A stretch of 64,000 nt of DNA from Tubulanus polymorphus (taxonomy: Eukaryota > Animalia > Nemertea). Under the pieces are notes generated by a model. It worked only from the letters and a program-made list of their open reading frames with translations. It was not told the DNA's origin and searched no databases. The stretch lies in the NCBI RefSeq assembly GCF_964204645.1, contig NC_134027.1:10882485-10946484 (forward strand). Reading direction: 5' to 3'. Shown piece after piece: positions 1 through 12,156 of the stretch (position 1 is the stretch's first letter; each line of letters starts with the position of its first letter). The position numbers and the translations under genes are program-made.

Positions 1-362
1 TCCCCGAATCTACTCAACTAACCCTTTTTATCCCCAGAATATCACCCCAAGTCTCAATCCCCTTCCATTGGTTAATTACTAAATAAACTCCCCAACATTC
101 TATACAATTATATAACTAAAATACTCTACAAGTAGCGAGATCGCCACTCAAGATCATGGTCTAACCAATGTTTATATAATAATAAGCCTAATGGATACTA
201 ACTAAGAATTGGAACAATGAAGCCTAAAGATGCCAGTTTGAAGGGTCTTGAATGTCGATCTACACTAAATGTCATAAACACAGCAGATGTTCTGCCCTAA
301 AGTTACATGAAAATATTTTATAAACAGCATTACTATTTAGCCAAAATAGCTACATCGTAACA
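1..362 (-). repeat. 3' LTR (partial, truncated by window edge)
   Basis: Direct copy of 5075..5436, ending ...TCGTAACA on the + strand at 362. Confidence 0.9.
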
Positions 363-1650
363 CTCGCCTGGGCTTAATTAAGTGCCTGTCCTCAGGTACT
401 TCACAAAGGAAACCATCATGTCTCGCAACAAAAATAAAGAAATCACACGCACAAAATATTCAATTCAATTCAAATCCTTGAGGGATGGAAATCGAAAAAA
501 AAACATTACGGACATGACAATTGCTTTGGACTATACACACGATTCCGCTAATCCTCGATACAATTAACTATATACAGTGCTTCTCTGTTGAAGGCAAAAC
601 CAAAAATCTAGAACCTAGTCTTAAATCTGACATCCAAAATCAGTCAATAATTTGAACGCACTTCAACAGATACCGCCTAAACCTAAAACCGGGGCATTAC
701 TCCGCCCTCCTTTTTTCTTATCAGAAGAGGGTAAACTCCTGCTTTTCTGTGCTGGAGTGTAGTCTCCAGAGGAAACCAATACATTTATCCGTCAGCAATT
801 CCAATAGAACTGGACGTTCCAACTCCCTACTCGACACGTGGATCATCCTGGTTCATCCCATCGTGGACTTCGATGTGGGAACTGGTACATCTCATTCCTT
901 GGTAATCAGCGTTGGTTGGTCATCAGCTCCTGGTATTTTGGTCAGCAGTCGCGCGCGCATGTCAAGTAGAGCCTACCATGCATCCCAAACTGGATATAGA
1001 CTTTGTCCAGGAAGGGGACGGATTGGAATAAATGTATAGGTGACCATTCTAGCCCTAACCTAAGAGGATCAGCTTTTCTAAAATTAATCAATCTTCTGTT
1101 GCGTCTATTGTAACAGTGTCCCTGAAAGCAAAAGAACAAAAGCCAATTCTCTGTGCATGGAAGTTCGACCGATACCATTACTGAATGAATGATTTAATGA
1201 GTTTTAATCTGTACAATCGTTCCTCCAAAAATTTTCCTACAACGCCTGGGCTTTTATGGTTAACTATATCCTAAGCAATCGACTATTTACAATGACCGCC
1301 CATCTTACAACACAAAAATCCACTCTTGGCTCTATCCTATACCTCATACCTCAATAAATTTCTACCTGAACTCTATTTTTAATATTTATCTCGACTATTT
1401 ACATCTGACTCCCCCGCCTGGGCTTTTTTAAATTAGACATGCCCACATGTCTAGACATAGACTATTTTCCCTAGCCCCGGGTCCGAGTTCAACACGTGGT
1501 ACCGGTACGTATGACTGGGGTGCCCATAATGTTCCTTTACGCACAGGGTCACTGCCATCACACCCTCCGCTTATCACAACTTGATTTCTGTTAAATACAC
1601 TACCCACTTGCTTTTCACGACTATTTACAACGATATCCCTACTGATCTAA

Positions 1651-2925
1651 TTAACTTTTAATACGGCTCCTGTGGTACGTATGACTGGGGTGCCCATAAT
1701 GCTTCTTGAGCACAGGGTCACTGCAATCACACATCCTACTAACCACAACTTTGTCACGCAACGGTGGAGGTTTCCCTCGAAGGTGACCCTTATCTCTTTT
1801 AACTCCAACCCGGTTCCGATATCTGCATTCTACTGGCCCGATATGTTTTACCCCAGGTTTAAACACACTTGTATATTGGTGCGAATGCTCCACAGAACTA
1901 ATACGAGGGACAAGGGCAACGTCATTACACTGCTCAACTCCAGTGAGACCTAATCCCTCCTGGGCACCAGCTGAACTTTCGACCAAAGCGGTATCCGGAT
2001 CATATACTCCCAGATCACGAATATCATTCAACACAATTTTATTCCTAGCAGATAAATCTAGGGGCTCATCTGTCAAGCCAATGCAAGTTATACAATTATC
2101 AATATTGTTACAATCACTTTCAACTTCATGAACACGCAGATCTAACGGATTATCACTAATGGAACTAATCGATCCGTCATTAAGATCCTTTTTACAACCG
2201 ATATCAGATTTACGAACTGACAAATCTAAAGGTACATCAAGCATTTCTTGACCAGAATGCATACATAGTACATGGACAACCTTTTTCGACCTACTGATTG
2301 ATAAATCTAACGGCTCATTAATTTTAACAGTTTCCTTCGTAATCTCTGTATTTTTACTCATTTTCCCTGACCTATCTACATACAAATGTCCAATCAAACT
2401 CGAATGATCTACCTTCCTAAATTTCTCTTGATCTATCACATCATTCCCGACTATTTCATACGATTTTCTATCAGCCTCTCCCGTCAACGACTCAGTAATG
2501 CTGACGTCATCCGTCTGAGTGCTGATACTCTCAGTACTGTGTCCCCTAGACTTAAGTACAACCCCTGACGTATGGTCATCCAACCCAAGCTTCCATCCTA
2601 CAGAGTCCTGAAGTACTGAAGTTCCTACCCCCACTGATTGGGGATCCTCAGCCTTCCCTGGATTCTCCAAATGTGCGTCCCTTTGGACCGCACACGATTT
2701 ATGGACAGCTTGCTGGCCTACCACCTGATCAGTTCTGGGCCCTTTCAGTACTGACGCCTGGTTCTGGACACCGGAGGAATCTTTCCCGGGCATCGGAATC
2801 TTTCCTCTCCTGAGCTCAACACAATTATTAAAACTAGCATGATTATTATGGTTATTAGATAAATACTTCCTTTTAATAGGCTGCTCAGGCCTTCGCCCGT
2901 CAGACTGAGCAGTTACTGAAAACCC
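1651..2925 (-). CDS. ORF2 in the pol position: unknown, probably disordered protein with 4x PLDL[S/R] and one STQT motif; probably expressed as a Gag fusion
   Basis: ORF track 1651..2967 lies in the -1 frame relative to gag. It contains EPLDLS, VPLDLS, NPLDLR, EPLDLS and SISTQTD. No D[ST]G, YxDD, HHCC or DDE pattern was recognised. Confidence 0.75.
   Translation of the reverse strand, partial: GFSVTAQSDGRRPEQPIKRKYLSNNHNNHASFNNCVELRRGKIPMPGKDSSGVQNQASVLKGPRTDQVVGQQAVHKSCAVQRDAHLENPGKAEDPQSVGVGTSVLQDSVGWKLGLDDHTSGVVLKSRGHSTESISTQTDDVSITESLTGEADRKSYEIVGNDVIDQEKFRKVDHSSLIGHLYVDRSGKMSKNTEITKETVKINEPLDLSISRSKKVVHVLCMHSGQEMLDVPLDLSVRKSDIGCKKDLNDGSISSISDNPLDLRVHEVESDCNNIDNCITCIGLTDEPLDLSARNKIVLNDIRDLGVYDPDTALVESSAGAQEGLGLTGVEQCNDVALVPRISSVEHSHQYTSVFKPGVKHIGPVECRYRNRVGVKRDKGHLRGKPPPLRDKVVVSRMCDCSDPVLKKHYGHPSHTYHRSRIKS
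2881..2925 (-). promoter_or_regulatory. Programmed -1 ribosomal frameshift signal
   Basis: Heptamer G_GGT_TTT (2925..2919) is in the correct phase with gag (TCG GGT TTT CAG TAA). A 6-nt spacer is followed by an 8-bp stem CTGCTCAG/CTGAGCAG (2912..2905 / 2888..2881). The -1 frame stays open to 1651. Confidence 0.8.
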
Positions 2926-4492
2926 GACTCGGTCCCGGAAGGAACTGAAACTACATTTTGTGTACAATCACGGTAACCATGACCGATCTGTTGACACCGA
3001 TAGCAACGCAAAGTTTTTTGAGGACGGGACCTCATCTCAGGATGGCTATTTGTCCACTGAGACGCCACAGCAGCAATCGGAGGTCTTTGGCTTCTCGTGC
3101 TGTAAGATGGCACCTCAGGAACAGCCATATCCCTTACGCGAGCCTGAACTTTTGCCTGAATGAAAGTTCTAGGTCGTACGGTCATCAAGTGAGCCTTTAG
3201 CTCCGACCGCAGACCCTTAACAAAATATTCGATGTGTGATTCTTCTGAACCACCGACAATCTCGAAATATTTTTCCATCACGGAGATATACGCCTCTAAC
3301 GATTCACCAGGCATTTGCCTGCGTTTTTCCATTTTAGCTTTTTCCGTATATCTCCAACTTTCATCATTAAATTCGGCCATCAAAACATCTTTCGCAATTA
3401 AATAATTCGACTGATCCTCTAACGATAACTTTCTAAATATGGCTAATGCCCGACCTTCTAAATAAAACGATAAGGTTGTCGCGTAATCACTGTCAGTGTA
3501 CCTAGCGTAACGTTCGACCTGATATAGGAACTCTCCGAGACGTTCGCGCTGAGTTCCTGAAAACTTCATCGGCTTCGGGATATCTTTCATGCGATGAACG
3601 CGATCCTGGATCTCTCGCATATCCCGAACCGTAACTGGTCGATTTTCAAAACGATCGCAGTCAACCGTAGCCGGCACGCGTTCGTTATACCGCTCAGATA
3701 TAACCGATCTGGGCCGAACCGGTCCTGCTACATGTGAATGACCAACATTCTGAGGGGGTTGACCGACCAAAGACGCCTGTTGACTAGGTGGCGGCACCTG
3801 CGCACCCATGACCTGTCGTGATCCAGAGGACCCATATGTGTTGGCTGATTTTGTGGCGAGTATCTTTGATCGTAGCCATAATCTGCGGTCGGCAGTACTG
3901 GGGCACTGTTTAAATGTGCCAACTGATTTACCGGCGGGTAATGATTCGGTTGATTATAACCCTGATCAACCGGCCCTAATTGAGCCATGGCCTTAGCCAA
4001 TGTGGCTTGATCAAGAGGCCGATCATCCTCGTGATATCCACTCGGACCTTCACTCATCCTCTGGTGAACCTCTCCCCCTTGTAACTGGGCAGAAGGTCCC
4101 CTCTGCGCTGAACGTACAGCTCGCGAGCGAGTGCGCGTACCAGACACCGAATTTCTAGCCCCGGAGGGAACAGTGTCTGATCCGCCACCCTGCCTGTCCC
4201 GCACGTACGTCACTGCCTGACACAGGACATCCAAATTATGCATTTGCCACATTTCCTGAGGAACATTAATCGAACCATCAGCCCTGACTGAAACACCCTG
4301 TGGCAAAGATCCCCTCGAATTCCTGCCAGATCCTACCCTTGAAGAACCTTGCCTTGCCCCCTGATGGATCGGCATAAGCGGAATATTACGCGGCCGAAAC
4401 TCGTACATATAATCCGAACAGCTAGATAAAGAACTAACTGAATCACTATCAGATTCATAATCGACCAAAGCATTAAATGATGTATAAGCCAT
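2913..4492 (-). CDS. gag: Gag (disordered N-terminus + Ty3/gypsy capsid + CX2CX4HX4C nucleocapsid), split into two overlapping ORFs by a probable 2-nt insertion near 3838
   Basis: ORFs 3728..4501 and 2913..3809 overlap. The sequence has capsid-like motifs (KFSG...FL..VERYA; RRQMPGESLEAY; YFVKGLRSELK) and the knuckle CYRCQQIGHGYRDC. Removing CA from CCA-ACA-[CA]-TAT-GGG joins them into one ~525-aa frame. Confidence 0.85.
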
Positions 4493-4661
4493 TTCTATCA
4501 ATAAATAAAATCTCTAACTCAAGTTAACAATAAAAATATACGACAAATTCCCTGTATATACCTAGCACAAGAATATATAGACTATAAATCTAAACCGAAT
4601 TCTAACGAAAAGAGCACCGTAGGTTCGAACCGTTTAGAATTCAGCTAAAAAGAGAATTTAA

Positions 4662-4676
4662 CACGTTGGGGCGCCA
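4662..4676 (-). promoter_or_regulatory. Primer binding site, tRNA-Lys-like
   Basis: TGGCGCCCCAACGTG lies 1 nt after the 5' LTR. It resembles the tRNA-Lys(CUU) PBS TGGCGCCCAACGTG with one extra C. Confidence 0.8.
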
Positions 4677-4677
4677 G

Positions 4678-5436
4678 TGAAACGATCTTCAGTGTCGTTC
4701 GATCTTAGTGGTCGTCGCTTTCGCTACGATAACTCTGAGTGAAACGGTTTAGTATATATTTCTTACCTATCGGTATCTCTTGCTACCGATAACCTATTTG
4801 TAGACGATTTCCCTAGCTCCTAGAATCCGGGATATAAAAAGTATACTTAACTTAACTCAGCAGTTTGCCTTTATCTGGTATACTATGATATATGTTTATT
4901 CCATTATCCGATATATAATTTCTTCTATGGTGTGGCTACAATCCTATAGTCGACCCGTCTGATCCAGATCCAACCCCTCGGCTAATCTCCCGTACGATTC
5001 CGATCTGATCTCTCGGTTCTCCTCTCTCTACTACTCTACTAGTTCCCGTTCTCCTCTCTTACTTGGTCTCGTTCTCCCCGAATCTACTCAACTAACCCTT
5101 TTTATCCCCAGAATATCACCCCAAGTCTCAATCCCCTTCCATTGGTTAATTACTAAATAAACTCCCCAACATTCTATACAATTATATAACTAAAATACTC
5201 TACAAGTAGCGAGATCGCCACTCAAGATCATGGTCTAACCAATGTTTATATAATAATAAGCCTAATGGATACTAACTAAGAATTGGAACAATGAAGCCTA
5301 AAGATGCCAGTTTGAAGGGTCTTGAATGTCGATCTACACTAAATGTCATAAACACAGCAGATGTTCTGCCCTAAAGTTACATGAAAATATTTTATAAACA
5401 GCATTACTATTTAGCCAAAATAGCTAAATCGTAACA
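4678..5436 (-). repeat. 5' LTR (759 bp)
   Basis: On the minus strand it begins TGTTACGA and ends TCGTTTCA (imperfect inverted ends). It contains TATA-like GGGATAAAAAGGG (~5097-5109) and AATAAA (~4896-4901). Confidence 0.9.
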
Positions 5437-5496
5437 CTTGATACTAACGCAGTAAGAGTATATTCTATCTACATCTGATGATGATTTTTGTTCCAG

Positions 5497-6337
5497 GCAC
5501 TGATGCTACGACCAATTTTATGGAACCGACGACTACTCCGATATCCACGGCCTCGCTACCCACGACGCCGATGGTGCCCGATTTTTCATTAGTTTGGGAT
5601 ATCATTCTTCGGAACAAACAACAAACATCAGGCACTGCTCTGTTACGAGATGCAAAATTTCAGAAAGCAGGTAAAATAAAGGAATGGCAAATCTACACGA
5701 CTTTAGAATACCCGGGTTACCTGTCTGTTTGGAGATTTATATCAGCCCCACATATTTATGAGTTAATTGGGCTGAATTACATCCCTCAAGAACCTGCGGG
5801 TGATCGAACTTTGCTCATCCCAGAAGTCGAAAGAATTTCGGTACGAATTGGCGATGTCATCGCAACCTCAATTTACGGAAATCAAACCAACTCGCCTTTC
5901 GGCTACACCAAATCAGACACGTGAGTATTACAGCCGTTTCATTAGACTCCTTGACACATCCTCGGTTGCTATGTTGGAGTTGAGCCTCCTCCCGCCCCCA
6001 GTTCCCGATTCCTCGATACGCTCGCCCGATACGTTATATGGTTGGCGCTCTTCCAGACAATCCCGGCTAGCCGGATATTCTGATAAAAGATTCAGTCCGA
6101 GTTAGTAGACAATGCCTTCTGATGAAAATGTTCTCACTTCATGCTCATTAGTATCTGTAGAAAACTCTACACAACAAGGTATCAATACGGGTTTATTCCA
6201 CCTATTTCAGACCGGATCAAATGACTACGCGAATATTAAAGATAAAAGCGTTGCCGTCTGTCGGTGCTACTGCCGAATTCAACACTGCCTTAAGCTACCC
6301 TTATAGAGAATACTCCGTGCGACCCGTTCTGGAATAA
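5497..6337 (+). CDS. Paralogue A of the secreted PAN/apple-stalk-beta-domain protein (exons 2-3; exon 1 presumably upstream of the window)
   Basis: Exons 5497..5920 and 6211..6337 have AG/GT boundaries and the same phases as paralogue B. The protein ends YSVRPVLE* and is closely similar to 9509..9932 and 12027..12156. Confidence 0.8.
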
Positions 6338-6631
6338 TCTACAACGCTCGGATTTATAATCGCATATTGGTATAAGATCCCTCACGCCGTGTATATAACA
6401 CAATATTAAATTGAATAGATCATCGTTGTTTGGATATAAAATGTCGTGAATATACTTAATTCTGCCTGGGGTTTTGTTTTTTACTTAGTATTTGTCGAGA
6501 AGTAAAGTTTATATGAATCGTCGATCGCAGCCGCATTTTGAAAGGTGAATAGCATTATCTGAACCGGTGTCAGATACGTGGCGCGCCTATGAAACATCAA
6601 TATTCTCGATTGGTTTTTCGATATGCCTATA

Positions 6632-7471
6632 CAGAGTGTCCCAGAAAATGGTGACTCCGAAATGTTTCAATATTTATAATTTAATCTATATTAATGAGTA
6701 CATTTTTGTGATGGCCAAGTAATCAGTAGGATTTCTTCTTAACATGTTATGAATAATGGATCATGAAGAGACGCCCGGCTGGTTTTCAAAGACTAATCGC
6801 GCAGCGACCTATTTTACTTCAAAACCAAACTTGATAAATGATAAATAATGATGGTATACCATAAATCAAATTAATATATTAGATAATCTTTCCATCCATA
6901 ATTTAGGAGAGTTCAGACAATTGAAATGATCAATCGAAAAACCAAGTCAATGGCTAGAAATCTGGCAAAGAAGAAAATTATTTTATCCTTAAACATAGTC
7001 ATAAATAAAATCTACGTAAGACAAGATTCCAACAACAATAATTAAATGTACATTTGAGACAGTACAGTCAATTTGAGACACAATAAGTTACAATCTGAGA
7101 CTAAGATTTTTTAAGGTGTTATTGTTGTCTGATCAATAAATAACCTTTGGTAAATGAAAAACTACGGGATTGTGCGTCGAATTCAGAATCCCGAAAATTG
7201 TTTTTGCAAATGAATACCTCCTGCCCTTAGTTGTTACCATCATTAGTAACTAGCCTAATTTCATTTATCAAGTTTGGTTTCACAGTAAAATAGGTCGCTT
7301 CATAATTAGCCTTTGAAAACCAGCCAGGAGTGGTCTACTAGACCCATTACTCTTGATATGTAAAGAAGACATCCTACTGATTACTAATCCATTACAATAA
7401 TTTATTTACTCGTATAAATTAACTGATGAATATTTTACCATTTCGGAGGAACCATTTTCTGGGACACATTG
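6632..7471. mobile_element. Tc1/mariner-type non-autonomous element with ~210-bp diverged TIRs
   Basis: TA|CAGAGTGTCCCAGAAAATGG...CCATTTTCTGGGACACATTG|TA. The paralogous flank at ~12630-12770 shows the empty site. Confidence 0.8.
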
Positions 7472-8274
7472 TATATCCCGCGAGAGATTTTATGGAATAG
7501 CAAATGAGCCAGAAGTGTACGGGCCAGAAGATGGATATGACGGGTAGATTGATCTCCTCGTCGAGTCTTATTTCACAGAAGGGGTCCGCCTGCTTACGTT
7601 ACTGTATGAGACGATGTGCACTACGTTATCAATATTTGCATTTAAAAGTAACAATTGCAATTGTGAATTTTGGCGTTCATTTAGTAATTAGGTATACAAA
7701 AATATCTTATTGATCATTCTATATCATTCATTATTGATGATATAGGCAATATATTAAGATGTATATGCGTTATTTTTCTTCAAAGCGATAATAAACTTAA
7801 AAGAATAGTTTTCTTTTTATTTGCATTTGCATCCAATTCCTGTATCGATCGCGGTTATCGTCATACGTATTGATTGATATATACAGATAAAAAGCGAATT
7901 AATTTATCATTCTGGTGCATATATTCAAAATCAACTAAAATCTAATACAGTTAAATATTCTTTCCTCTTAGAATACGCAGGTGCGTTGGAAGCAATTTTT
8001 TATTGCAGCGGCCAATTGCCGATTTTCCGTAGGTTCTAATATTGCAGCGACGAATTTACTTCAATTTCATAAAAAATATAGTATAGAAAGAAAAAAAAAA
8101 CGTCATTCAGTAAATAATTGCCACGGCTTTCGCCGCTGCAGTCGCTACGTCGCTTAGTCACAAATATGCTTTCCAGTGAAATCAACAATCAACTTCTTTA
8201 TCACAAACAGTCTAACAATAATTCGGAAAAGACGATCATCAATCGAGAAGACAATCGTCAATCATGCTTGAAAA

Positions 8275-8585
8275 TACTAATAAAATTAATATTTATTTCT
8301 TATTTACCGCGCCCCGTATACATTTCAGCGCGTTTTACAAATATGCAAGGCTATAAAAACAAATTAAAACAGTCAATCAAAATATTGCCAAAAAATGTTT
8401 TCAGTTCATTTTAAAAGTTCCAGTACAGGATCTTATTCTAAAAGGTAAAGCATTCCATAAGATTGGAGCTGCTGAGGCAAAGGCACGGTGACCCTAAAAT
8501 TGAGTGTTGAATGAGACAGAATTTAGTAAAATCGAATAAGTTCATCGTAAGTATCTGATAGGAGTATATAATGTGATTAGATCAC
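8275..8585 (-). mobile_element. 3' remnant of an L2/CR1-clade LINE
   Basis: The minus strand encodes GHRAFASAAPILWNALPFRIRS, a typical L2/CR1 ORF2 C-terminus, followed by a TGTAAAACGCGCTG...GGGCGCGGTAAATAAG-type tail. Confidence 0.7.
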
Positions 8586-9022
8586 AAAATTCATTTCGGG
8601 TTCATTCTTGTTAAGAATGAACCCGAAATGAATTCATGGAAGTAATAGTTTTGACACCAGGAAGATGAATAAGTATAGAAAGGCCAGAATTTGCATGTTT
8701 GTCAGAATCATCAACATTGAGATTATATTGCAAGATAAATAAAGAATGTTGAATGCTAAACAATGATTATGCGTGACATACTGTCGCTGACTTTGTTGGC
8801 CGTTGCTGGTTCGTGAAGATTGTCAAAGATGCTCGGAGTTACGTATGCATCGATATGAAAGGGAACGTCAGAGCATTGATAATCAATACACCGTCCTGTA
8901 AGATGAAAGAAAATATGCTTCAACCACTAGATGTAAAATTAATCAGCAGAATCTAAATTCAATGATGCGGCCATACATAACCTTAAACATCAGTTATACA
9001 TAACACATCTCGATCGGTAGAC

Positions 9023-12156
<3,134 letters not shown>

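Larger units (their letters stand above)
1..5436 (-). mobile_element. Non-autonomous Ty3/gypsy-like LTR retroelement (gag + non-pol second ORF); 3' LTR runs off the window start
   Basis: 1..362 repeats 5075..5436 with one mismatch seen by eye. The full LTR 4678..5436 has TG...CA ends and an adjacent PBS. The internal region has a capsid-like domain and a CCHC knuckle; I found no PR/RT/RNaseH/IN motifs. Confidence 0.92.

Noticed and set aside
721-1125. Possible spliced env-like or accessory ORF in the retroelement 3' region (acceptor-like TTCTTTTGCTTTCAG at ~1123; ATG at 1047, frame to 721)
   Set aside because: Three internal stops in 109 codons is close to random expectation, and there is no signal peptide, TM segment or recognisable motif. 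It would need other copies to support it.
1651-2967. ORF2 as a degenerate pol or protease
   Set aside because: No D[ST]G, LPQG/YxDD, RNase H or HHCC/DDE pattern; the composition looks disordered.
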